A stretch of DNA of 64,000 nucleotides from assembly GCA_965235115.1 (NCBI GenBank), contig OZ249436.1:248001-312000 (forward strand). The letters run 5' to 3'. A program made the position numbers and the translations under genes. Position 1 is the first letter of the stretch. Each line of letters begins with the position of its first letter. Of this stretch, positions 24,099 to 37,976 are shown in pieces. The stretch is from Laetmonice hystrix. Taxonomy: Eukaryota. The notes under the pieces are model-generated. The model made no database searches, had not been told where the DNA came from, and saw nothing but the letters and a program-made list of their open reading frames with translations.

Positions 24099-24370
24099 TT
24101 CCCCATGAACACTGAAATTCATACTCAGGTCTAGGTAGACCCGTTGGCCTATAACCGTCCCCTACGAAGCAACCGTTTTCAGTGTCAATTTCCTGAGTTG
24201 TAAATCAAATACACACACGTCCTAACCGTTGACCTTTGTCTAAAGATTTGAATTAGCATGACTGGGGAAACCATAACTCTTTGCTGATGTAAATAGTCGT
24301 GAAGCAACAGGACCAAGACAGAAAGTGATTCGTCTGCCTAAAACACTTGACTTGATTCATGACTGTGTGC

Positions 24371-26817
24371 GTATACAGTGCATGTAGTGAATTCCTCTGA
24401 TGTCTGTCCGTTCTCCGGTATACAGTGTATGTAGTGAATTCCTCTGATGTCTGTCCGTTCTCCGGTATACAGTGCATGTAGTGAATTCCTCTGATGTCTG
24501 TCCGTTCTCCGGTATACAGTGTATGTAGTGAATTCCTCTGATGTCTGTCCGTTCTCCGGTATACAGTGCATGTAGTGAATTCCTCTGATGTCTGTCCGTT
24601 CTCCGGTATACAGTGCATGTAGTGAATTCCTCTGATGTCTGTCCGTTCTCCGGTATACAGTGCCTGTAGTGAATTCCTCTGATGTCTGTCCGTTCTCCGG
24701 TATACAGTGCATGTAGTGAATTCCTCTGATGTCTGTCCGTTCTCCGGTATACAGTGCATGTAGTGAATTCCTCTGATGTCTGTCCGTTCTCCGGTATACA
24801 GTGCATGTAGTGATTTCCTCTGATGTCTGTCCGTTCTCCGGTATACAGTGCATGTAGTGAATTCCTCTGATGTCTGTCCGTTCTCCGGTATACAGTGCAT
24901 GTAGTGATTTCCTCTGATGTCTGTCCGTTCTCCGGTATACAGTGCATGTAGTGAATTCCTCTGATGTCTGTCCGTTCTCCGGTATACAGTGTATGTAGTG
25001 AATTCCTCTGATGTCTGTCCGTTCTCCGGTATACAGTGCATGTAGTGAATTCCTCTGATGTCTGTCCGTTCTCCGGTATACAGTGCATGTAGTGATTTCC
25101 TCTGATGTCTGTCCGTTCTCCGGTATACAGTGCATGTAGTGAATTCCTCTGATGTCTGTCCGTTCTCCGGTATACAGTGCATGTAGTGATTTCCTCTGAT
25201 GTCTGTCCGTTCTCCGGTATACAGTGCATGTAGTGAATTCCTCTGATGTCTGTCCGTTCTCCGGTATACAGTGCATGTAGTGAATTCCTCTGATGTCTGT
25301 CCGTTCTCCGGTATACAGTGCATGTAGTGAATTCCTCTGATGTCTGTCCGTTCTCCGGTATACAGTGCCTGTAGTGAATTCCTCTGATGTCTGTCCGTTC
25401 TCCGGTATACAGTGCCTGTAGTGAATTCCTCTGATGTCTGTCCGTTCTCCGGTATACAGTGCCTGTAGTGAATTCCTCTGATGTCTGTCCGTTCTCCGGT
25501 ATACAGTGCCTGTAGTGAATTCCTCTGATGTCTGTCCGTTCTCCGGTATACAGTGTATGTAGTGAATTCCTCTGATGTCTGTCCGTTCTCCGGTATACAG
25601 TGCCTGTAGTGAATTCCTCTGATGTCTGTCCGTTCTCCGGTATACAGTGCCTGTAGTGAATTCCTCTGATGTCTGTCCGTTCTCCGGTATACAGTGCATG
25701 TAGTGAATTCCTCTGATGTCTGTCCGTTCTCCGGTATACAGTGCATGTAGTGAATTCCTCTGATGTCTGTCCGTTCTCCGGTATACAGTGCCTGTAGTGA
25801 ATTCCTCTGATGTCTGTCCGTTCTCCGGTATACAGTGCATGTAGTGAATTCCTCTGATGTCTGTCCGTTCTCCGGTATACAGTGCCTGTAGTGAATTCCT
25901 CTGATGTCTGTCCGTTCTCCGGTATACAGTGTATGTAGTGAATTCCTCTGATGTCTGTCCGTTCTCCGGTATACAGTGCATGTAGTGATTTCCTCTGATG
26001 TCTGTCCGTTCTCCAGTATACAGTGCATGTAGTGAATTCCTCTGATGTCTGTCCGTTCTCCGGTATACAGTGCATGTAGTTAATTCCTCTGATGTCTGTC
26101 CGTTCTCCGGTATACAGTGCATGTAGTGAATTCCTCTGATGTCTGTCCGTTCTCCGGTATACAGTGCATGTAGTGAATTCCTCTGATGTCTGTCCGTTCT
26201 CCGGTATACAGTGCATGTAGTGAATTCCTCTGATGTCTGTCGGTTCTCCGGTATACAGTGCATGTAGTGATTTCCTCTGATGTCTGTCCGTTCTCCAGTA
26301 TACAGTGCATGTAGTGAATTCCTCTGATGTCTGTCCGTTCTCCGGTATACAGTGCATGTAGTGAATTCCTCTGATGTCTGTCCGTTCTCCGGTATACAGT
26401 GCATGTAGTGAATTCCTCTGATGTCTGTCCGTTCTCCGGTATACAGTGCATGTAGTGAATTCCTCTGATGTCTGTCCGTTCTCCGGTATACAGTGCATGT
26501 AGTGAATTCCTCTGATGTCTGTCCGTTCTCCGGTATGCAGTGCATGTAGTGAATTCCTGTGATGTCTGTCCGTTCTCCGGTATACAGTGCATGTAGTTAA
26601 TTCCTGTGATGTCTGTCCGTTCTCCGGTATACAGTGCATGTAGTTAATTCCTCTGATGTCTGTCCGTTCTCCGGTATACAGTGCATGTAGTGAATTCCTC
26701 TGATGTCTGTCCGTTCTCCAGTATACAGTGCATGTAGTGAATTCCTCTGATGTCTGTCCGTTCTCCGGTATACAGTGCATGTAGTTAATTCCTCTGATGT
26801 GTGTCCGTTCTCCGGTA
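24371..26817. repeat. 47-bp minisatellite, ~52 copies
   Basis: Unit GTATACAGTGCATGTAGTGAATTCCTCTGATGTCTGTCCGTTCTCCG. Confidence 0.97.
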
Positions 26818-27354
26818 GCAAAGCGCCCTCCGTTACGTTTTAGAGACCTAACTAGGATATAAACAATCAGTATCCGCCAAGCGCCGAGTACCCCGGTATC
26901 TACCAGTGGCAAGTAGTGTCAGACCTGATCAATCCATGAAAAGGTCAAAAGAGAACAGAGTACCTCCAGTTAACATGCTCCAAGAGCGGTTCAAACATGT
27001 TAACACCTGTGTTATCAAAGGCTGGGTTAAAAAATGATGAGGAAATTCTTCCTGACATGTTGACATTTTCTCCAGCTCAAAGTCAGTTTATGTCATGTTG
27101 TGTCCGGGGCTCACGTGGGGTTTGATCCACAGCCCGTCTGTAAGTAAAACGACGTCTACCGTTTGGTTTAGGAACAGTGAATGGCAATTATTTTTATGGT
27201 GTTTGAAGCTGGCGTCAGTCAGGGATCAAACGAGGCGGTGGTGTTTGAGGTAATCCGCCAGCATCCCCTGGTGGCGTGTGGCCAGGTTTGCTTGGCCCGC
27301 CTCTCAGTGACCGTCGATCTCAGCTGCCCTAACCTGGACCCTTGCACCCCAGGC

Positions 27355-27865
27355 CACCGCCTGGACCCCCGACTGACCCGCGCCCAGCCCCCCGGCCTGG
27401 ACCCCCGACTGGCACCTGCCCGACCCGCGCCCAGCCCCTCGGCCTGGACCCCCGACCGGCTCCTGCCCGACCCGCGCCCAACCCCCCGGCCTGGACCCCC
27501 GACCGGCTCCTGCCCGACCCGCGCCCAGCCCCCCGGCCTGGACCCCCGACTGACCCGCGCCCAGCCCCCCGGCCTGGACCCCCGACCGGCCCCTGCCCGA
27601 CCGCGCCCAGCCCCCCGGCCTGGACCCCGACCCCTGCCCGACCCGCGCCCAGCCCCCCGGCCTGGACCCCCGACTGACCAGCGCCCAGCCCCCCCGGCCT
27701 GGACCCCCGACCGGCCGCTGCCCGACCCGCGCCCAGCCCCCCGGCCTGGACCCCCGACCGGCTCCTGCCCGACCCGCGCCCAGCCCCCCGGCCTGGACCC
27801 CCGACCGGCCGCTGCCCGACCCGCGCCCAGCCCCCCGGCCTGGACCCCCGACTGACCCGCGCCAG
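27355..27865. repeat. 35-47-bp C-rich minisatellite, ~12 copies
   Basis: Unit CCTGGACCCCCGAC(CGGCTCCTGCCC)GACCCGCGCCCAGCCCCCCGG. Confidence 0.9.
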
Positions 27866-28404
27866 TCGGTTTTGAGTTTTACATGTGACACCAAGCTGAT
27901 CTATATGGCAGGGAGCCGATATTACAGGTTTTAAAAACGTAGTAACTTTAATCTTTCTGAAACCAGGCCCTGGACCCCGCCCTGCCCGCGCCAGTCCACC
28001 GCCGGGATCCTCTACCACCCCACCCCACCACCCCCACCCCACGAGCCCGACTTGGCCCAGCTGTCCCCAACTGACATCGCAACGCTCCCTGTACCCAGGA
28101 GTCTGTCTACTCATCGCTTGCTCCAACGCAAGTCCTCAAGGAACCCCAAACATGACTGTTCAATATATTCTCGGTTCTGAACTACCATGTGAGTTTGGTG
28201 ACGGGAAATGTATATAGGGGATTCGGCGGTATCGTAGACCTCTATGTGAAGAGGAATTAATCTAATGAATATACATGAATTGAAAAACCTTTTGTATTTC
28301 ATGAACCGATAGTCCTTGCATTTCAAGAATTATGCAACGTTAAGTGAACATATTATGCGGTGTATAATGATATAAAGCCGTGTTGTTTTAGTTCTGAGAG
28401 AGCA

Positions 28405-29106
28405 GTAGAATTGTAGATGTTTCTAGGTTTGTTCTGTGTAGAGGAGTCCGGTTGTGAATGTTTCCAGGTTCGTTCTGTGTAGAGGAGTCTGGTTGTGAAT
28501 GTTTCCAGGTTTGTTCTGTGTAGAGGAGTCCGGTTGTGAATGTTTCCAGGTTTGTTCTGTGTAGAGGAGTCCGGTTGTGAATGTTTCCAGGTTCGTTCTG
28601 TGTAGAGGAGTCCGGTTGTGAATGTTTCCAGGTTTGTTCTGTGTAGAATTGTAGATGTTTCCAGGTTTGTTCTGTGTAGAGGAGTCCGGTTGTGAATGTT
28701 TCCAGGTTTGTTCTGTGTAGAGGAGTCCGGTTGTGAATGTTTCCAGGTTCGTTCTGTGTAGAGGAGTCCGGTTGTGAATGTTTCCAGGTTCGTTCTGTGT
28801 AGAGGAGTCTGGTTGTGAATGTTTCCAGGTTCGTTCTGTGTAGAGGAGTCCGGTTGTGAATGTTTCCAGGTTCGTTCTGTGTAGAGGAGTCCGGTTGTGA
28901 ATGTTTCCAGGTTCGTTCTGTGTAGAGGAGTCCGGTTGTGAATGTTTCCAGGTTTGTTCTGTGTCGAGGAGTCTGGTTGTGAATGTTTCCAGGTTCGTTC
29001 TGTGTAGAGGAGTCCGGTTGTGAATGTTTCCAGGTTTGTTCTGTGTAGAGGAGTCCGGTTGTGAATGTTTCCAGGTTTGTTCTGTGTAGAGGAGTCCGGT
29101 TGTGAA
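28405..29106. repeat. 41-bp minisatellite, ~17 copies
   Basis: Unit ATGTTTCCAGGTTYGTTCTGTGTAGAGGAGTCCGGTTGTGA. Confidence 0.95.
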
Positions 29107-29288
29107 AGAACGAACTTCAAACACACGGCCACCATAATGTTTACATTGGTGCCAGCACAGCGGCCCAACACTTGGTATGTTTCACCCTTCAAAGGGCACC
29201 GTAGAGGGGGAAGGTTGAATCTGCTCCCCCGCCAAGGTGACATGGTAATGGTCGGGGGTGAGACCGACCAGTTGGAGTCCCTGCCCGC

Positions 29289-29800
29289 AGGGCTAGGGAC
29301 CGGGAACCGGTGTGGGAGGTCCACACTGGCCGCCTGTGACCGGAGGGCTAGGGACCGGGAACCGGTGTGGGAGGTCCACACAGACTCCCTACCTTGGCCG
29401 CCTGTGACCGGAGGGCTAGGGACCGGGAACCGGTGTGGGAGGTCCACACAGACTCCCTACCTTGGCCGCCTGTGACTGGAGGGCTAGGGACCGGGAACCG
29501 GTGTGGGAGGTCCACACAGACTCCCTACCCTGGCCGCCTGTGACCAGAGAGTTAGGGACCGGGAACCGGTGTGAGAGGTCCACACAGACTCCCTACACTG
29601 GCCGCCTGTGACCGGAGGGCTAGGGACCGGGAACCGGTGTGGGAGGTCCACACTGGCCGCCTGTGACCGGAGGGCTAGGGACCGGGAACCGGTGTGGGAG
29701 GTCCACACAGACTCCCTACCCTGGCCGCCTGTGACCGGAGGGCTAGGGACCGGGAACCGGTGTGGGAGGTCCACACAGACTCCCTACCTTGGCCGCCTGT
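29289..29800. repeat. 68/55-bp minisatellite, ~8 copies
   Basis: Unit AGGGCTAGGGACCGGGAACCGGTGTGGGAGGTCCACAC(AGACTCCCTACCT)TGGCCGCCTGTGACCGG. Confidence 0.93.
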
Positions 29801-29905
29801 TGGTAACATGTATCACCCGCAGCAAACGACCAGGAAAATACCACCCTCTTTCAGTGTCCCGAACACTGTTATGACTTCCGACTGTCTGCCTCCGGACTCC
29901 TAGTG

Positions 29906-30109
29906 AAGCCGGACGTGTGTGTTACAGAGTGTGAACAGTACGCCCTGAGGTGTGCGTCTTTCTTGACTTCTCTAAGCCGGACGTGTGTGTTGCAGAGTGT
30001 GAACAGTACGCCCTGAGGTGTGCGTCTTTCTTGACTTCTCTAAGCCGGACGTGTGTGTTGCAGAGTGTGAACAGTACGCCCTGAGATGTGCGTCTTTCTT
30101 GACTTCTCT
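29906..30109. repeat. 68-bp tandem triplication
   Basis: Copies start at 29906, 29974 and 30042. Confidence 0.9.
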
Positions 30110-30728
30110 TTCAATCTACGTTTCTGAGTGATGCCTAATGCTAGCAGACATAATCCCATACGACGAGGTATGTGGAAGTGATAGGAAAGTGACAGTGGCA
30201 TGTAGCGTATGAAGGAAGAGATACGGTTATCATCATGGTGAACCGTTCCCCAGCCTCTCGACTCGAGTCTCTATTGCTCCTGGTGGTGGTTCGCAAACAA
30301 AATGTACCGACTGTGGGCTTTCTCGTACGGCAGGGGTTTTTCCCATCTGTTCAGAGTTTTTACGGACCTTGCTCTCTATAAGCCGACCATTGGAGGCATA
30401 TAAGTTTAAGTCCGTGAGTGATTTTCACTCGTAGACACTTGCAGACAGACCGTTCCACAACCTGTTCGTCACCTGTGAATGTACTGTAGTCTGTTTTATC
30501 CCAGTTTAAATGTAGAACAATTTGTGATCCGCGAGATAGAGCTCTCTGGGTGCATGGTTAGAAAATGAAGGGTTTAGAATCAAACTTTCTCGATCGTGAT
30601 CGTAAAATGTCAGTGCACCATGAAGCACGACCATTAATAAGTGAAATCTGCCCTCAAATTCGGCACTTTGTCCGTGAGTATTTCCCTTCCACTTTCCCGT
30701 TAAACTATAGCTTTGATTATCGAAAGGT

Positions 30729-31606
30729 TAATGGTCCGGTATTTGGCCTAGTATGCTAGGTTTGGATCTCGACGTAATGGTCCGGTATTTGGCCTAGTAT
30801 GCTAGGTTTGGATCTCGACGTAATGGTCCGGTATTTGGCCTAGTATGCTAGGTTTGGATCTCGACGTAATGGTCCGGTATTTGGCCTAGTATGCTAGGTT
30901 TGGATCTCGACGTAATGGTCCGGTATTTGGCCTAGTATGCTAGGTTTGGATAACGACGTAATGGTCCGGTATTTGGCCTAGTATGCTAGGTTTGGATCTC
31001 GACGTAATGGTCCGGTATTTGGCCTAGTATGCTAGGTTTGGATCTCGACGTAATGGTCCGGTATTTGGCCTAGTATGCTAGGTTTGGATCTCGACGTAAT
31101 GGTCCGGTATTTGGCCTAGTATGCTAGGTTGGGATCTCGACGTAATGGTCCGGTATTTGGCCTAGTATGCTAGGTTTGGATCTCGACGTAATGGTCCGGT
31201 ATTTGGCCTAGTATGCTAGGTTTGGATCTCGACGTAATGGTCCGGTATTTGGCCTAGTATGCTAGGTTTGGATCTCGACGTAATGGTCCGGTATTTGGCC
31301 TAGTATGCTAGGTTTGGATCTCGACGTAATGGTCCGGTATTTGGCCTAGTATGCTAGGTTTGGATCTCGACGTAATGGTCCGGTATTTGGCCTAGTATGC
31401 TAGGTTTGGATCTCGACGTAATGGTCCGGTATTTGGCCTAGTATGCTAGGTTTGGATCTCGACGTAATGGTCCGGTATTTGGCCTAGTATGCTAGGTTTG
31501 GATCTCGACGTAATGGTCCGGTATTTGGCCTAGTATGCTAGGTTTGGATCTCGACGTAATGGTCCGGTATTTGGCCTAGTATGCTAGGTTTGGATCTCGA
31601 CGTAAT
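30729..31606. repeat. 46-bp minisatellite, ~19 copies
   Basis: Unit TAATGGTCCGGTATTTGGCCTAGTATGCTAGGTTTGGATCTCGACG. Confidence 0.96.
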
Positions 31607-32881
31607 CTTGTATTGTCGCGACGTTTATATGGTGTGAGGCCAAGTGACTGTAACGTCAAAATATCACTGGTCACGTGATCGAATTAACTCGATGACGTCA
31701 GCATTATGGTGTACTGTTTTGACATGAAGACGCTGGTAACGGGATTAACGCCGAATTGATACATTTACATTATCGGTGATCACTGCTCATTGTGACTGAC
31801 CCCCCCCCCCCCCCCCGATCGGTCAACGAGTCTATGTGCCGTTTGGTGACAGTATGTTTGAAGTGTAGCCATTGTTGTTTTCTAAAGCCAATACGATGGC
31901 ACAGAGTGGTGTTTTGTTTTATGTAGCCAGTATTATTTGCCAGCTATAAGTAAAACACCTGTTCACCCAGATCATGGGGAAATAAATCTGCGGGCGTTAT
32001 GAATATTCATGAGAACGTTCGGTGAGTGAGTGATCCTCGACCTAGGAACAGATGGTGCTAGTTTGTCAGTGTCCCAATATTACTGGCAGCGACAACCAGA
32101 TATGTGAATATCCTAAGTGGATATATTCTAGGCAGACAATAGGGCAGCTCCATCATTGTTTTACTGGATGTTCGCTGGCAGCTCCTTTACCAGAGACCGA
32201 GCATTCAAAGTAAGCTCACTTATAGAGCAGGTGGTATATATACGACCAAATCTCAATCTGAACGACAAAGAATAGATTTGCGTGTTTTTACGCATTTACT
32301 CCGGAGTTGACAGTGGTGATATGGCTGTTCAGTCAGTGCTGAGTAGGCCTGTATAGTATTATCTCATAAAACTGTCGTCCTAACGCTTGTAATATGTGTC
32401 CCCGGTGACGTCACTGACCTTTGTGTACTATGGTCAGAATGAACCGGTGACCTGTGTAGGTCACATGATATTAGCGGGGACCAGACAAACAATCCAAGCA
32501 CCCGTAATCAGTCTCTGCACCACGATCAGTCCGCCAGCGATAGAAGCCAAGACAAATGGTTGTTGTATGCCGACCTCCGTGGGGACAATTGCTGCTCATG
32601 TATTATGTGTGGTAATCAGATAGCCAGCCTGGCTGAGATAAAACCACTGACAGATCTGTGAGGGATGAACCGGACTGATAATCCAAACGCTGGATTCCGC
32701 TGATTAGAAAACTAACAACTCGAGTGTATCGTTTGATTAGGTCCTTTCTGTCGGGAGCCATGAAAGACAACAAAAGTCTACTGAAGAGGGAAGGAAGTTC
32801 TGTTTTAAGCAGGAACATAAAACGCCTGTTAAACTCTCAAAGTAAATAGGAGGAGAAGGGCAGGTTTCTCCAGACCCATAA

Positions 32882-33328
32882 TTCTCAGAACGTGTCCCTC
32901 CACTGTCCTCCAGTACTAACAGACGGCAGTCAATAGTTCTCAGAACGTGTCCCTCCACTGTCCTCCAGTACTAACAGACAGCAGTCAATAGTTCTCAGAA
33001 CGTGTCCCTCCACTGTCCTCCAGTACTAACAGACGGCAGTCAATAGTTCTCAGAACGGGTCCCTCCACTGTCCTCCAGTACTAACAGACGGCAGTCAATA
33101 GTTCTCAGAACGGGTCCCTCCACTGTCCTCCAGTACTAACAGACAGCAGTCAATAGTTCTCAGAACGGGTCCCTCCACTGTCCTCCAGTACTAACAGACG
33201 GCAGTCAATAGTTCTCAGAACGTGTCCCTCCACTGTCCTCCAGTACTAACAGACAGCAGTCAATAGTTCTCAGAACGTGTCCCTCCACTGTCCTCCAGTA
33301 CTAACAGACAGCAGTCAATAGTTCTCAG
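32882..33328. repeat. 55-bp minisatellite, ~8 copies
   Basis: Unit TTCTCAGAACGKGTCCCTCCACTGTCCTCCAGTACTAACAGACRGCAGTCAATAG. Confidence 0.95.
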
Positions 33329-33719
33329 TCAATAGGGGGTGGGGGTGGGGATCTTGGAAACGCCTTATTGGTGTAAACTTTCCCCGACTGACTAAGTGAG
33401 TTCATCATACTGGCTTCGGGATCAGTCTTTGGCCTAGTTGTTAAAATTGCCCACCAGAACGTAGTCGGACAAGATCTGTGTTAATAATCTCGACTTACGG
33501 CATCTATCCTAAATAGGATTATTGTCTGATGAAGGAATGAATCCATACAAACCATAATTCTGATGCTATAATTAGGAATCTGTTATTTATAGAGTTCACG
33601 GCGTGTAACCTTGGGCTCATATAGTCCAAGGTGTAATTTCTATCAGCCGGGAAACTGTGAAAATGTAATCCAGAACTAGGATAGCAAAATATATGCCACC
33701 TTGTCACATTGTGGGTCGA

Positions 33720-36700
33720 GTAATGCCGGCCCACCTCCAGTACGGTCCCCCAGGGTGGGACACAGTGGGGTAATGCTAGCCCACCTGCCCGCCCACCTCC
33801 AGTACGGTCCCCCAGGGTGGGACACAGTGGGGTAATGCTAGCCCACCTGCCCGCCCACCTCCAGTACGGTCCCCCAGGGTGGGACACAGGGGGGTAATGC
33901 TAGCCCACCTCCAGTACGGTCCCCCAGGGTGGGACACAGTGGGGTAATGCTAGCCCACCTGCCCGCCCACCTCCAGTACGGTCCCTCCAGGGTGGGACAC
34001 AGTGGGGTAATGCTAGCCCACCTGCCCGCCCACCTCCAGTACGGTCCCCCAGGGTGGGACACAGTGGGGTAATGCTAGCCCACCTGCCCGCCCACCTCCA
34101 GTACGGTCCCTCCAGGGTGGGACACAGTGGGTGTCGGGTAATGCCCGCCCACCACCAGTACGGTCCCCCAGGGTGGGACACAGGGGGGTAATGCTAGCCC
34201 ACCTGCCCGCCCACCTCCAGTAGGGTCCCCCAGGGTGGGACACAGTGGGTGTCGGGTAATGCTAGCCCACCTGCCCGCCCACCTCCAGTACGGTCCCCCA
34301 GGGTGGGACACAGTGGGGTAATGCTAGCCCACCTGCCCGCCCACCTCCAGGGTGGGACACAGTGGGGTAATGCTAGCCCACCTGCCCGCCCACCTCCAGG
34401 GTGGGACACAGTGGGGTAATGCTAGCCCACCTCCAGTACGGTCCCCCAGGGTGGGACACAGTGGGGTAATGCTAGCCCACCTGCCCGCCCACCTCCAGTA
34501 CGGTCCCTCCAGGGTGGGACACAGTGGGGTAATGCTAGCCCACCTGCCCGCCCACCTCCAGTACGGTCCCCCAGGGTGGGACACAGTGGGGTAATGCTAG
34601 CCCACCTCCAGTACGGTCCCCCAGGGTGGGACACAGTGGGGTAATGCTAGCCCACCTGCCCGCCCACCTCCAGGGTGGGACACAGTGGGGTAATGCTAGC
34701 CCACCTCCAGTACGGTCCCTCCAGGGTGGGACACAGTGGGGTAATGCTAGCCCACCTCCAGTACGGTCCCTCCAGGGTGGGACACAGTGGGGTAATGCTA
34801 GCCCACCTGCCCGCCCACCTCCAGTACGGTCCCCCAGGGTGGGACACAGTGGGGTAATGCTAGCCCACCTGCCCGCCCACCTCCAGGGTGGGACACAGTG
34901 GGGTAATGCTAGCCCACCTCCAGTACGGTCCCCCAGGGTGGGACACAGTGGGGTAATGCTAGCCCACCTGCCCGCCCACCTCCAGGGTGGGACACAGTGG
35001 GGTAATGCTAGCCCACCTGCCCGCCCACCTCCAGTACGGTCCCCCAGGGTGGGACACAGTGGGGTAATGCTAGCCCACCTCCAGTACGGTCCCCCAGGGT
35101 GGGACACAGTGGGGTAATGCTAGCCCACCTGCCCGCCCACCTCCAGGGTGGGACACAGTGGGGTAATGCTAGCCCACCTGCCCGCCCACCTCCAGTACGG
35201 TCCCCCAGGGTGGGACACAGTGGGGTAATGCTAGCCCACCTCCAGTACGGTCCCCCAGGGTGGGACACAGTGGGGTAATGCTAGCCCACCTGCCCGCCCA
35301 CCTCCAGTACGGTCCCCCAGGGTGGGACACAGTGGGGTAATGCTAGCCCACCTCCAGTACGGTCCCCCAGGGTGGGACACAGTGGGGTAATGCTAGCCCA
35401 CCTGCCCGCCCACCTCCAGGGTGGGACACAGTGGGGTAATGCTAGCCCACCTGCCCGCCCACCTCCAGTACGGTCCCCCAGGGTGGGACACAGTGGGGTA
35501 ATGCTAGCCCACCTCCAGTACGGTCCCCCAGGGTGGGACACAGTGGGGTAATGCTAGCCCACCTGCCCGCCCACCTCCAGTACGGTCCCCCAGGGTGGGA
35601 CACAGTGGGGTAATGCTAGCCCACCTCCAGTACGGTCCCCCAGGGTGGGACACAGTGGGGTAATGCTAGCCCACCTGCCCGCCCACCTCCAGGGTGGGAC
35701 ACAGTGGGGTAATGCTAGCCCACCTGCCCGCCCACCTCCAGTACGGTCCCCCAGGGTGGGACACAGTGGGGTAATGCTAGCCCACCTCCAGTACGGTCCC
35801 CCAGGGTGGGACACAGTGGGGTAATGCTAGCCCACCTGCCCGCCCACCTCCAGTACGGTCCCCCAGGGTGGGACACAGTGGGGTAATGCTAGCCCACCTC
35901 CAGTACGGTCCCCCAGGGTGGGACACAGTGGGGTAATGCTAGCCCACCTGCCCGCCCACCTCCAGGGTGGCACACAGTGGGGTAATGCTAGCCCACCTGC
36001 CCGCCCACCTCCAGGGTGGCACACAGTGGGGTAATGCTAGCCCACCTGCCCGCCCACCTCCAGTACGGTCCCCCAGGGTGGGACACAGTGGGGTAATGCT
36101 AGCCCACCTGCCCGCCCACCTCCAGGGTGGCACACAGTGGGGTAATGCTAGCCCACCTGCCCGCCCACCTCCAGTACGGTCCCCCAGGGTGGGACACAGT
36201 GGGGTAATGCTAGCCCACCTGCCCGCCCACCTCCAGTACGGTCCCCCAGGGTGGGACACAGTGGGGTAATGCTAGCCCACCTCCAGTACGGTCCTCCAGG
36301 GTGGGACACAGTGGGGTAATGCTAGCCCACCTGCCCGCCCACCTCCAGTACGGTCCCCCAGGGTGGGACACAGTGGGGTAATGCTAGCCCACCTGCCCGC
36401 CCACCTCCAGGGTGGGACACAGTGGGGTAATGCTAGCCCACCTGCCCGCCCACCTCCAGGGTGGGACACAGTGGGATAATGCTAGCCCACCTGCCCGCCC
36501 ACCTCCAGGGTGGGACACAGTGGGGTAATGCTAGCCCACCTGCCCGCCCACCTCCAGGGTGGGACACAGTGGGGTAATGCTAGCCCACCTGCCCGCCCAC
36601 CTCCAGGGTGGGACACAGGGGGGTAATGCTAGCCCACCTGCCCGCCCACCTCCAGTACGGTCCCCCAGGGTGGGACACAGGGGGGTAATGCTAGCCCACC

Positions 36701-36830
36701 TGCCCGCCCACCTCCAGGGTGGGACACAGTGGGGTAATGCTAGCCCACCTGCCCGCCCACCTCCAGGGTGGGACACAGGGGGGTAATGCTAGCCCACCTG
36801 CCCGCCCACCTCCAGTACGGTATCTCCAGG
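33720..36830. repeat. Modular 49/50/62-bp minisatellite with a 273-bp higher-order repeat
   Basis: Core CAGGGTGGGACACAGTGGGGTAATGCTAGCCCACCT plus optional GCCCGCCCACCT and/or CAGTACGGTCCCC modules. Confidence 0.95.
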
Positions 36831-37475
36831 GTGTGAAGGCCGGCAGGTGTGGTAACGTGACGCGGTCTGTGGTAAGTAACCGCAGACGGTTGGACCGTCA
36901 CAGAGTGAACAGTAACTGTAGCTGCTGCCAGACGTTAGGAAACAAATCGGTTGGACCGTCACAGAGTGAACAGTAACTGTAGCTGCTGCCAGACGTTAGG
37001 AAACAAATCTCCAATTTTTAACTGTGTGCCATCAAAGAAATGAGAACTTCCGTACACCCTCAGGTGTGGAGGATGACAAAAGAAATCTGACTGTCAAATG
37101 TACTCAAAAGTCTAAGGCAGATATTGGTGAGCGTGCTTGATGGACTGTGCCGCACGGAGTGGGAAAAGATGAAGAGAAAAAGCTCTCTCTGTCTCTCTAT
37201 CTCTCTCTCTCTCTTGGTACGGTGAGACAACTAACCAGGTATGGCCAGGTATGGCAGCGATCTTTAGTGTGATTATCCGTTACTGTCTAAGTGATAACAC
37301 CACACCAAGTATTCAGGCTCGCACTTTACAGAGTGTAGTTCGTTGTTTTAATGTTCAAGCAGAACTTCTCATATTCTTAGATAATGATGGTATCACGAGT
37401 CCCCGCTTGGGGAACTTTTAACTGGGCAAGTGGGGAGAGGAATACAGATTCAACCACCCCCCGAGCCAGAAAAGT

Positions 37476-37976
37476 TGGTTCCCCAGCCCAATGTAACGAA
37501 CGGTAACTCTGCCGAGGAGGTTCCCCAGCCCAATGTAACGAACGGTAACTCTGCCGAGGAGGTTCCCCAGCCCAATGTAACGAACGGTAACTCTGCCGAG
37601 GAGGTTCCCCAGCCCAATGTAACGAACGGTAACTCTGCCGAGGAGGTTCCCCAGCCCAATGTAACGAACGGTAACTCTGCCGAGGAGGTTCCCCAGCCCA
37701 ATGTAACGAACGGTAACTCTGCCGAGGAGGTTCCCCAGCCCAATGTAACGAACGGTAACTCTGCCGAGGAGGTTCCCCAGCCCAATGTAACGAACGGTAA
37801 CTCTGCCGAGGAGGTTCCCCAGCCCAATGTAACGAACGGTAACTCTGCCGAGGAGGTTCCCCAGCCCAATGTAACGAACGGTAACTCTGCCGAGGAGGTT
37901 CCCCAGCCCAATGTAACGAACGGTAACTCTGCCGGGGAGGTTCCCCAGCCCAATGTAACAAACGGTAACTCTGCCA
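37476..37976. repeat. 42-bp VNTR, 12 copies (7 copies in the duplicate at ~40008-40298)
   Basis: Unit GGTTCCCCAGCCCAATGTAACGAACGGTAACTCTGCCGAGGA. Confidence 0.95.

Noticed and set aside
24253..26912. Long minus-strand ORFs (591-851 aa) with His/Cys motifs in all three frames
   Set aside because: A 47-bp unit that happens to lack minus-strand stops; all frames give the same rotating peptide; no domain or splice context.
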